From contig JAQGDQ010000123.1 of assembly GCA_030141605.1 (NCBI GenBank), positions 124,001 through 188,000 of the forward strand: a DNA stretch of 64,000 nucleotides, read 5' to 3'. The notes under the pieces were generated by a model. That model was not told the origin of the DNA. It searched no databases and saw only the letters and a list, made by a program, of their open reading frames with translations. A program made the translations under genes and the position numbers. This DNA comes from Tubiluchus corallicola. Taxonomy: Eukaryota; Animalia; Priapulida. Of this stretch, positions 10,973 through 64,000 are shown one piece after another; positions within the stretch are counted from its first letter, which is position 1; every line of letters starts with the position of its first letter.

Positions 10973-12988
10973 TCACTCATAATTTCTACCTAACACTTTC
11001 CTCCACTGGTCTCTTATGTCTGAAGTGTAAAATGCTTCACTGTTATTCAATGCGTTTATGAGAAGATTTGAGCTTTGCATTACTCTAATGTATAGACTGT
11101 ATGCAGTTTTCCTATGTACTACATCAAAGTATAAAACATCGTGGTCTACTGAAATGGTCCTAGAACTATAATCATATGGGTAGTTGAAAAGTTTGCGTTT
11201 TGAAATATTGTGAGCTACTTTAAGTTTGCTGAGACTGTAGTTATAAAAATGTCGCCAGGTGGCCATACCGTAGAAAGAATTACAATAAGAGTTGAACAGA
11301 CGAGTTTTGACATTAGGTGAACAATGATGAAATTTTCTAAGAATACGGTTCGCTCTAGTGCAAAACAGACTTCGTTGTCTGATAACATCCATGTCATCTT
11401 TGTTATCACTGGTGATGATATGGCCAAGATACTTTTCTGTTTCACACGGTATAATTATTTTACCGGCTACCTCAGGTGAACTGAAATTGAACCCACACAT
11501 ACTGGGGGGTGTAATTGTTATGAGTTTAGCCTTGTCGACGTTTATTACTATGTCATGACTATTTGCGTAATCAACATACATATCAACTAAAGTTTGTAAA
11601 GCAGTGGTAGTGGATGCTAGTAAACATCCATCATCAGCAAACATAAGGTGATTTATATAAGTACCACCTATCTGACAACCTAGACCGGTAGATCTGAGGT
11701 CAGAACTCAAGTCTCTGAAATATAAATTAAATAGTATGGGTGACATTTTTGCACCCTGCCGAACACCATTTGCGACTTTAAATGTGCAAGAGCAAAAATT
11801 TCCCCACCTCACAAACATGGTTTGTCGAGAGTAGTAAAAGGCTAATAATCTTATAATAATGTTAGGCATATCAGTATCGACCAGTTTTAGAAACATTTTG
11901 TAGTAATTTACCCGGTCAAAAGCTTTAGATGCATCTAAGAACAATATGTGTACTGGACTCTGGCGTTGAATGTAATAGTCAATAACTTCTTTCATGGTAT
12001 ACAAACACATTTCGGTACCCAGTTCATTCACGTAACCAAACTGATTTGGTGTTGATTGAATTGAGTTACCGTATCTGCTTAAAAACAAAATTTCTAATAA
12101 TTTGTTCAACACTGTGGATAGTGCTATTGGCCTATAATTATTTTTGGCTGTGATTTCCTTATTTTTGTCTTTCACAATCGGTACAATGACAGACAGCATT
12201 AGAGAATCAGGCAAAAAACAATGTATGACACAAGCGCTTAATAAAAGTGATAATTCTATTGGCAGCATATGTGAAGCAAACCTAAAATGCTCCGATTTAA
12301 TTGCATCATTTCCAGCCGATTTGTGCAGAGATAGTTTTGAAATGGCCTCTTGCACTTCTCTCACAGTGAAAGAACTCACAATACCCATATTACTACTTAA
12401 CTTCAAGTCTAATTTTGCTGCAACGTCACCGTTATTTGCAGAATTTAAAATCTTTTTATAGTGCTTCCCCCACATATCACATATAGCCTTATCGCCTGAA
12501 ATTTCGTCTATTTTAGGGGGTAAAGGAATTCTTGAGTTAGTTTCCCTTTTTATCATGGCCCAAAATTCATAAGAATTACAGTTCATAAACTTATGAGCAA
12601 TTTTATCTGCGACAATTGTTTTCTCTTGGATCTTGCATTCACGTAATGCAAGCTTAAAACGTGAACGTGCCTGGCGCATTTCATCAGCAATGAGCCCATT
12701 CCGAGGCTTGCCATTCGCACACCAATTTAAAAAACAGTGACGAAAGTGTCTGTGTTTTTCAGAAACGAATTCGTTCCAGCCAGGTATTATTTTATCCTTT
12801 ATACGTTCATGATTTTGTGACGGCTTATAACTAGGCAGCGTATTCTCAGCCGCAGAATTTAGCGCAGATATAATTGCGTCATGCATCAAAGCAAGTTGTT
12901 GTCTATGATTGGGGTTCTGACAGTGAATGTCACCACAATAAATTGCGTCGTACGGGACAACGATTCCAGATAGCAAAGACTGTGTCAT
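10973..12988 (-). CDS. LINE reverse transcriptase region (671 aa open frame)
   Basis: Complete RT motif set with FADD; cut off from the endonuclease by a frameshift near 13040-13045 and a TAG at 13028-13030. Confidence 0.9.
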   Translation of the reverse strand: MTQSLLSGIVVPYDAIYCGDIHCQNPNHRQQLALMHDAIISALNSAAENTLPSYKPSQNHERIKDKIIPGWNEFVSEKHRHFRHCFLNWCANGKPRNGLIADEMRQARSRFKLALRECKIQEKTIVADKIAHKFMNCNSYEFWAMIKRETNSRIPLPPKIDEISGDKAICDMWGKHYKKILNSANNGDVAAKLDLKLSSNMGIVSSFTVREVQEAISKLSLHKSAGNDAIKSEHFRFASHMLPIELSLLLSACVIHCFLPDSLMLSVIVPIVKDKNKEITAKNNYRPIALSTVLNKLLEILFLSRYGNSIQSTPNQFGYVNELGTEMCLYTMKEVIDYYIQRQSPVHILFLDASKAFDRVNYYKMFLKLVDTDMPNIIIRLLAFYYSRQTMFVRWGNFCSCTFKVANGVRQGAKMSPILFNLYFRDLSSDLRSTGLGCQIGGTYINHLMFADDGCLLASTTTALQTLVDMYVDYANSHDIVINVDKAKLITITPPSMCGFNFSSPEVAGKIIIPCETEKYLGHIITSDNKDDMDVIRQRSLFCTRANRILRKFHHCSPNVKTRLFNSYCNSFYGMATWRHFYNYSLSKLKVAHNISKRKLFNYPYDYSSRTISVDHDVLYFDVVHRKTAYSLYIRVMQSSNLLINALNNSEAFYTSDIRDQWRKVLGRNYE

Positions 12989-15081
12989 TGTTTGGTATTC
13001 GAGGAGATGATTACTTTCAGCTTTCTCCTAGTCAACCATAAAAAAGGCACTATTGGTTTACAAGGTGTGTCCGAATCACACGACACTTGGCCATTCAAAA
13101 CGTCATTTACAGTGACTGTAGCCGCACCATTAGGTGATAAAGCCATTCGATCTATATGCACGTTTAGTAGTAAGGGCATGTGATCTGAACTTGTTAGCTC
13201 ATAATTTACACAGATATCTCCAATTAAAGAGTCCATAGCCATAGTACTAATTACATATTCAAGCCATGTAGTTGAGTTGTGGGCTACACTAACGAACGTA
13301 AATGAAGAACTTGGCATTTTCGCTACATCAGATATAATATAGTCATTAGCATTACACGTTTCACTTAGCTCCGCGTAAAACCTTTTTTGAGGATGGGAAT
13401 TGAAGTCCCCGACACAACAAACATAGCTAGACTCTGTAGTTTCAATAATAGAGGTGAGAGTGCCTAGACAATGATTAAACTCATCAAAATTATTATCAGC
13501 TTCATAGGGAAAGTAAACATTAATTAATACAAGTGGCATTAACTTATCAGGAAATGAAAGAGAAATACCCATTACTCTGCATTCGTCATCATAGGTAAGT
13601 ATTTTACTGGTAACAGGAAGAGTTTTTCGCCATAAGATAGCCAAGCCTCCTTGTGGTCTACCATCTGGTATTCCTGTAGAGAAATCGGTTGGTGAAACTC
13701 CATGTCCATAGAATTCTGGGTGAATGCAAGATAGGTGTTCTAGCTCTTGTTTAGGCAACATCGTTTCTTGCAAAAGTAGCACATCAATAGATTTGCGCAG
13801 TTCCTGTAGTACGTATTGAGACTCAGGGTGCAACACTGAATTGCAGTAATAGCTCGCTACCTTCAAGTCTGTGTTTGTGTTTGGTTGCAGTTCATTATTA
13901 TTAGTATGATTAGTGGTGCTGCTGGTGGCGCCGCCACATTCCGTTTGCTGATCAAGTGTATCATTCCCTGCTTCTCTATTACCTACTGGTCTATAGCCGT
14001 CGTTTGATAATACCTTTGCTTTCTGCGTTAAAGGCTGATTCACAGTCAGTTTTGCAGCTCTAGAAGTATAGAATGGCTTCATCAGCGTGCCAACTGGCCA
14101 TAACTCTGCGTTCATAATTTTATCATACTCGTCCGTACCATGACAGCTTATAACAAATGAGGAGTATGTATTAAATTTTGTCTTAAGTTGTTCCACATTA
14201 ACTGTAATGTTGCACGATTCATCTACAAAACGCTGAACCTCCGTTGCGTCGGTACTAGGATCTAGACGGGTAATGAATATTCGTCGTAGTGGTTTGCTCG
14301 GTCTTAGGAATACTCCAAGGCCAGTAGCAGATCCTGTGATGACTTTCTTGGATTCTCTATTATTCACATTACGTGGGCGCCGCCGTTTTTTCACAATCGT
14401 GAATCCGTCATTGTCGTCATCAACAATCTTGTCGCTCGTTTGCTGCTTGCTCACGTTTGTAAGTTCCGTGTTCACTAGGCAGCTTCTGGTTGTTTCAGAG
14501 TAACTTTTCTTTTGTGATGAGTCTGTTTTTGAAGACACGGGAGGCACAGCTTTGGACAGATGTACTTTTAGCAGAGCATCAATCTCAGCCCTAGAAACAG
14601 AGTTTTCTTTCAGTTCTTGGAGTTCCTGTTGAACTGTTTGCAATTTCTTAACAATGACAGATGTATCAACTGATTTCAGTGTCATTGGTGGCATTTTATG
14701 GGAGTATGCTGACACAAACCTAGGTGACGGTACTGCGTCCATAATTGACCCATATTGTAAAAGCTTAAGAATGTCCATTGCATTTGCCCTTCTCTTCGAG
14801 GGACCGATCCTGTTTTTAGTGAAGTCAGGCTTTTCGGTGGCTTCTGCAGGAATAAAGTCTAAGAGTAATGCTTTTGCATCTTCACATTCTTCATCAGTGT
14901 AATGGTCATGGATGATAGTTGCAAGATCTAAATAAGTCGCACCAGCTTCAAGCTGATTTTGGGCAAAATAATTTAATTCGCTGTGTATGAGCACCAGCTT
15001 CTTGACAGGATCTGATGTTAGGAGTTGCGTGCCAATTGACCGATCCTCCCTGGAATGATGATAATTCATGTATAGAGTCAC
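12985..15081 (-). CDS. LINE ORF1-like domain in frame with a degenerate APE endonuclease
   Basis: 698 aa ORF (GTG start); APE residues altered (SYYC for SYNC, WLEY for xLDY); true start probably ATG 15205 via a frameshift. Confidence 0.8.
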   Translation of the reverse strand: MTLYMNYHHSREDRSIGTQLLTSDPVKKLVLIHSELNYFAQNQLEAGATYLDLATIIHDHYTDEECEDAKALLLDFIPAEATEKPDFTKNRIGPSKRRANAMDILKLLQYGSIMDAVPSPRFVSAYSHKMPPMTLKSVDTSVIVKKLQTVQQELQELKENSVSRAEIDALLKVHLSKAVPPVSSKTDSSQKKSYSETTRSCLVNTELTNVSKQQTSDKIVDDDNDGFTIVKKRRRPRNVNNRESKKVITGSATGLGVFLRPSKPLRRIFITRLDPSTDATEVQRFVDESCNITVNVEQLKTKFNTYSSFVISCHGTDEYDKIMNAELWPVGTLMKPFYTSRAAKLTVNQPLTQKAKVLSNDGYRPVGNREAGNDTLDQQTECGGATSSTTNHTNNNELQPNTNTDLKVASYYCNSVLHPESQYVLQELRKSIDVLLLQETMLPKQELEHLSCIHPEFYGHGVSPTDFSTGIPDGRPQGGLAILWRKTLPVTSKILTYDDECRVMGISLSFPDKLMPLVLINVYFPYEADNNFDEFNHCLGTLTSIIETTESSYVCCVGDFNSHPQKRFYAELSETCNANDYIISDVAKMPSSSFTFVSVAHNSTTWLEYVISTMAMDSLIGDICVNYELTSSDHMPLLLNVHIDRMALSPNGAATVTVNDVLNGQVSCDSDTPCKPIVPFLWLTRRKLKVIISSNTKQ

Positions 15082-15521
15082 TATCGTCTAGAGCTACTTT
15101 CCTGGACGTACAGCACTTTGTACAGATAGTAAGCTGCCCAAACTCTGTATGTGGTATAGCATCCGGGTATTTCCTCCTGCATAACTGACACGTGGATGGA
15201 GCCATAGTGCTGCTTAATCACCCAATTGTCATGACAATACGTAGGTGATTACCAGTCAATAATGCTTTAAATTTCCAAGGCCAACCTGTCATACAAGTTC
15301 TTGGCCCAACGTATGTTAACAATATTTTCACAAATATGGTTTTCCGCTAATATTCACACTAGTATTAATCAATCTCCAAAAATATTATTATAATCACATT
15401 CCTTGTCTCTTTATACACACGATGGTATAAGTCATTATGAGAAAACTTCAAAATTTGCACATAAAAAGTTAGAAAATGCGAGCACTTTACTGAGACATCC
15501 AACTTGCGCAATAACCTGCGC

Positions 15522-15665
<144 letters not shown>

Positions 15666-15999
15666 ACATGATGGCGGGACATCAATACACTGAACAGACT
15701 TTCAAGCATCAATTTCATTGTTTTTCTTGTATTAAATTATAAACGTGTTTTGAACTCTGACTAATCGAAGAGATAGTGTCGAAACTAGTCTCTTTGTATA
15801 ACATATTCTTAGTATATATTTTAAGTAATAGTCATGGACACGAGAATGCCAAAGGGTCATTTAATTTCCTGTCCCTACATGCGAATGGTAAATTAATTTC
15901 AATAAAAATAGGTCCTAAATCAAATAGCAACTATTATCTACTAGCATCTGGCCTACGTTTCAACAGTTGAATAGCTGAAAGCTTAATCACTGACGTTAG

Positions 16000-16811
16000 T
16001 TACATTTCATTTCATTATTAGTTTGTTTATTAGAGGAAAACACTATTACAATTATGGACATATAACATCGTAAGTACAACTACACAATAGTAAACAAAAT
16101 GGCTAAAATTACTAACAATTTCTTATCAAGGGAGCAATTCATATCTGAACAATTAATATGCAACTGCTTGCAGCTAAGCTAAAACAGGGATAGACTGAGT
16201 GGCGTCAAACATAGTACATGTATACAATATAGGTAGAATGGTCAAGGTCAAGTCCACCTAATATGTATTTAAGAGATACGTTTTCATCATCTTCTTAAAT
16301 CTAGGTAGCCGTGATACTGTTTTAATATTACAAGAAATAGAATTCCAAACTTCCATATATGAGTTTCATTCATTACATCATTCCATTTTAAGCACTAATG
16401 TTTTTTATCACGATTCACTTTAAATTTTCAGATTACCTTTTCTCTATCACTGTGTGGGACAATCTAACAAGCCCTGCTTTTTGATTGCCCGCAACACATT
16501 TACCTTCGTGTATAAGTGAACAGTGTTTGAGGCTTTTTCTGTGCAGTATTTCTTATTTGTATTATATCCATTGTAGGCCCTTTCACTAGATATTGTATAT
16601 GTAACCATTGTAAATGTGTAAGGTGAAATAAATGACTTTCATGTGACTTATGACCACTGGTTCCATTTGGACCTACAAAAGACACAAAATGTTTAGCAAC
16701 GTTAGTTCTGCAATATTTAATATAATATTCGTTATACCTAGTGTTATGGTGTATGATATTTTTGTTTATGAGATTTATGAAAAATTGCGGAAACAAATTA
16801 AACTGGATTTT
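16000..16811 (-). mobile_element. 3' fragment of an L2/Crack-like LINE; continues at 19584-19740 beyond the LTR insertion
   Basis: ORF2 C-terminal motifs AVFMYK/IQFNLFPQFF...HNTR...YCRT...VGP and WNSISCNIK...FKKMMKTYLLNTY*; AATAAA plus (TGAAA)n-like tail near 16000. Confidence 0.7.
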
Positions 16812-17145
16812 TGTTGTGGAGATTCTATAGTATAGTAGACCAATCTTTTTACCTTGTAGAAGATTCGAGAACTTTCTATTCGCGATGCGCGTAGTAGTTC
16901 CTAGATTGTTCTGGTTTAGTCCATGTGCACTGATATACAAGGCGGAGCTGGCCGCGAAAGTTTATTCTCGTATTCTCAGATTAATTTCAGATTCTCAGAT
17001 TATCGTATACTATTTTTTTATCACTTGACTGTGTATATTTCGCGTTCCTTTTGTGTTGTGAAATTCTCACACACTTAACCTGTTCAATTTGACAACGTGT
17101 TTTCTTGTTTTATCTACGAGCCTTTCGAGAGAAAGAAACACAACA
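16812..17145 (+). repeat. 5' LTR
   Basis: TGTTGTG...CACAACA inverted ends; roughly 90% similar by eye to 19243-19583. Confidence 0.9.
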
Positions 17146-17334
17146 AATTTTGGCGCAGTCGTCAGGATCCTTGGTGACTCAGTGGACAGTTGTTTATCTT
17201 AGCAATGATGGCGGAGCAGATTGTCGACTTTATGAAGGACAGATGAATCAGCAGGCGCAGCAGATTCATATCCAGAGGGAACAGATGTATCAGCAGGCAC
17301 AGCAACACAAAGAAGATATGGACGCTATGAAGAT

Positions 17335-18980
17335 ATGGCAGAGCCTCTTTGCCGCTTGACCAAGAAGTCAGTTCCCTGGAAGAGGGGAGATGAGGAGCAA
17401 GCAGCATTTGAATTGTTGAAGAATGTGCTATCCCGAGATCAAGTCCTGGTGCATTTTGACCCTGACAAGCCTGTGGGATTGGCTTGTGATGCATCCAACA
17501 TTGGAATTGGAGCTGTCCTGTTTCATCGCTATCCAGACGGTAGCGAGCGCACAATTGCCAATCTGTCCAAGACTCTCACAGCAACAGAAAGGAACTACAG
17601 CCAAATCCACAAAGAAGCCCTAGCCATCACCTTTGGCTTGCGGAAATTCTACCAGTACCTCTACGGGCATCATTTCATACTGGTGACTAATCATAAGCCA
17701 CTGACATCACTCTTTGGACCGAAGAAAGGGACGCCACGTCTTGCAGCTAATCATCTAGCTCGGTGAGCCCTGTGGCTGAACCAGTTTGAGTACACCATTG
17801 AATACCGGAAAACAGCAGATCACGGCAATGCAGATGCCCTTAGTCGCTTGCCATCTGGAGACGACAACGACTTCGACAGGAAGAAAAATGGTGCAGACAA
17901 GGACATGGTGTGTGCCATCAAAGTTCTCAGTCTTCAAGTCAAGCCTGTGGACGCCAAAATCCTCTGGCAAGAGTCAGAGAAAGACCCAGTGCTATCTACA
18001 GTCAAGCGCGATGTCCGAGAATGGTGGCCGCCCAAGCACGCTGAGATCAACGAAGAAGTCGAAAAGTTCTGGATACTCACTCAGTATCTGCCACGGATGC
18101 CTCATTCATGGATCAAGAGTTGTGATTCCACAGAGCGTGCAATCCAAGATCCTGGATCTACTGCATATCGGGCACTTCGGCATGGAACGCATGAAGCAGT
18201 TAGCAAGAACTGCTGTCTACTGGCCTGGTATCGATGCAGCTATCGAGAACATCAAAACAAGCCATCCAAGCCTGCAGATCACCCACGGATGCTACCAGAG
18301 AAGCCATGGAGCCGCTTACACCTGGACCATGCCATTAACTTCATAGGTATGAACTGGCTGGTGATCACTGATGCTTACTCAAAGTATGCATGCATTCACC
18401 ATAAGTCTTCCATGTCCACTAGAGCCACTCTAGATCTGCTGGAAGAGGACTTTGTTCACTTCAGATTCCCTCACACGTTGGTTACAGACAATGCATCAAC
18501 CTTCATGTCTGAAGAGTTCCATGCAAAGAATGTGGGATCACACATCTCACAGGAGCATCATACCATCCAGCTACCAAGGGAGCAGCAAAATGCTTGGTGT
18601 AGACGTTCAAGCAAGCACTCAGGAAGTCTTCTCTGCCCCCAAAGCGAGCTCTTCAAGAGTTCCTGATGCAGTACCAGAGAACACCGACATCCTGTGGATT
18701 CTCTCCGAGTGAACTCTTGATGTTTGAGCAGATACAGAAAACGATCGACTCTCTGCTACCCTCGCCAGCGCACAACCTCAGGGTAAGCAATCCAGGCAGT
18801 CATCTCGGTCAACTCCAGACTCGGGAGGTGTCGCCAAGGTCACCAAGCAGTACAAGTCTGGGGAGCCTGTCTATGCACTGTACTATAGACCTCGTTGAGA
18901 CAGACATCCCCAATGGTACCAGCGGTCATCAAGAAGTCTCTGGGTACTCACTGCTTCAACGTCAAGGTCCTTCCTCATAG
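17335..18980 (+). pseudogene. Gypsy pol remnant (RT linker, RNase H, integrase) with stops and frameshifts
   Basis: ORFs 17335..17766, 17786..18346, 17848..18666 and 18666..18980 carry consecutive pol motifs in shifting frames. Confidence 0.88.
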
Positions 18981-19242
18981 TTCAGTATGGAGATGACGCT
19001 GGAAACAGCTACGCTTCTGTGGAGGACTTTGAATCTGATGATGAGAGGGATTTTTCTTTTGAGCTTCCACCTGATCATCCAATGGAGATCCTGGAAGAAC
19101 TGTCAGAAACTCTGAAGCAGACCGGCTCTGCCTGTGCCAGAGTATGGACCGGACAACCCTAGACGATCTAAGAGAACACCCAAGCCGAGAGAGAGACTTT
19201 GTTGCTGATGCTTTAGAGGTAGCATTAGTTTCGGTGGGGAGG

Positions 19243-19583
19243 CGTTGTGGAGACTCTGCTGTATAGTAGAACAATCTTCTTACCTTGTAGAAGATTCGAG
19301 AACTTTCTATACGCGATGCGTGTAGTAGTTTCTAGATTGTTCTGGTTTAGTCCATGTGCACTGATATACAAGGCGGAGCTGGCCGCTCAACTTTATTCTC
19401 GTATTCTCAGATTAATGTCAGATTCTCAGATTATCGTATGCTATTTTCTTATCACTTGACTGTGTATATTTCACGTTCCTTCATACTTTTGTGTTGTGGA
19501 ATTCTCACACAATAAACATGTTCAATTTGACAACGTGTTTTCTTGTTTTCTCTTCGAGCCTTCCGAGAGAAAGAAACACAACA
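19243..19583 (+). repeat. 3' LTR
   Basis: Direct repeat of 16812-17145; first base C instead of T; ends CACAACA. Confidence 0.9.
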
Positions 19584-20251
19584 GTTTTGTACATGAATAC
19601 AGCAATATTGTACTTAATGAGATCATGAATTATTAATTGCAAGAATTTATAGTGTAAGTTACCCGCTTTGCACATCTTAAGTGTAATGCGAAAACACCTC
19701 ATTTTCTAGATTTTTTACAAAAATTATAATCGTTTCATTTTAAAAAGACGATACTACTTTATAAGAAAGTTATTATAGACCCTAATACGATTGCATTTTG
19801 AGCTGAGAAAATACTGTGGTTGCTTTAATTGTTGACTAATATCAGAAAACACCACTGGTGTTTTTGAATACCTATAATTTTTGTACTCTTTCATATGAAG
19901 TCAGTAAAAACTAAAGCTATCTGATTAATTGGACCTTCATTTGACAACATAATTACACAACGAACATTTTCTTGAACATTTTTAAATAGCAAATATTATA
20001 AAATAAAACACATAAGCTGGATGTCAATGTATTTTTTATATTGTCTTTAAATTGACTGGGACTCAGGTTGTGGCATGTAGCATATCTGAGATTGAGCAAG
20101 TTCCTATCTGACATTGCATCTCTACTGATTGCTGAGGATTAAAATTCGTATAAAAATGATTTGGGTTCATTTCAACTGATGGTTTGAATGTTGGCAGGTA
20201 ATTCTGACTCTAGTTTGATAAAACAAAAGTAAAAATGGATTTTTTTTACAG

Positions 20252-63515
<43,264 letters not shown>

Positions 63516-64000
63516 TAGAGTTGTTGTCAATCTCTGTGCTTGATTACCTAGGAAATCCATTTGATTGCAATCCTGTTTTAACACTTTCACCTATGTCATG
63601 TGATCTGGCCACGCCCACTTTTCAAAAATGTTTAGTACACATTTACATTCAACTACCTACCCATACGTGCAATAACATAGGCTTCTCGCCATGTACCATA
63701 AATGGTGTTTGAGTGACAAAGTCATTTGCCCTAAGTTTCACATTTTGGGTCCTGCTGCTGTGACCGTTGACTCAGAGGTCACCATTCTACATGGTCCTTT
63801 GCCTGCTTATGTTATGTGCCTATCCTGCAAGTTTCATGATTCTAGCTCTTGTACTTATGGAGTTACTGACCAGACACCATTTTAACATTTTCGTCCATGT
63901 CATGTAACCTGGCCACGCCCGTTTTTCGAAAAATACTTAATGCACCCCTGTAAGAGAAGTTGAACGACAAAGCCATTTGCCATAATTTCCACATTTTCCC

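Larger units (their letters stand above)
16812..19583 (+). mobile_element. Internally deleted, decayed Ty3/Gypsy (K02A2.6-like) LTR retrotransposon
   Basis: LTRs 16812-17145 and 19243-19583; PBS TGGCGCAGTCGTCAGGAT at 17151; purine tract GGTGGGGAGG before the 3' LTR; near-TSD ATTTT/GTTTT; RNase H (CDAS..GIGAVL, NYSQIHKEALA) and integrase (GHFG, WSRLHLD, VTDN) remnants. Confidence 0.93.

Noticed and set aside
12985-12988. ATGA stop/start overlap between the two LINE ORFs, suggesting termination-reinitiation
   Set aside because: The RT frame continues upstream of the ATG with a plausible VD(W)EKA motif broken by TAG, next to a homopolymer run; decay explains it more simply.
12144-14902. Plus-strand ORFs overlapping the LINE
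   Set aside because: Antisense shadows of the minus-strand coding frame with no motifs.

Overview
AT-rich, intron-rich genomic DNA from an invertebrate animal; there are no prokaryotic features. (1) On the + strand, 20252 to beyond 64000, is a multi-exon gene for a tandem two-domain GH31 alpha-glucosidase (sucrase-isomaltase/maltase-glucoamylase-like). I could splice it by hand in one frame: GH31 domain 1, linker, trefoil, GH31 domain 2, with both WIDMNE nucleophiles and both WTGDN acid/base motifs intact. Its 5' exons are not visible and its 3' end runs off the window. Domain 1 has two intact paralogous copies of one exon (20752-20926 and 22664-22832) that cannot both be included in frame and differ mainly in the substrate-binding loop, i.e. 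candidate mutually exclusive exons. (2) On the - strand, 811-10269, is an 8-exon gene not shown by the ORF track, encoding repeated U1/matrin-type C2H2 zinc fingers; it may be nested antisense in a GH31 intron. (3) The rest is repeats: a near full-length APE-RT LINE bracketed by (GA)n tracts, an internally deleted Ty3/Gypsy element inserted into an older LINE fragment, an Academ-like DNA transposon, several Tc1/mariner/pogo MITEs, SINE-like pieces and five tandem arrays. Exon models are manual and lack transcript support, and repeat family assignments come from motif recognition, not database searches.
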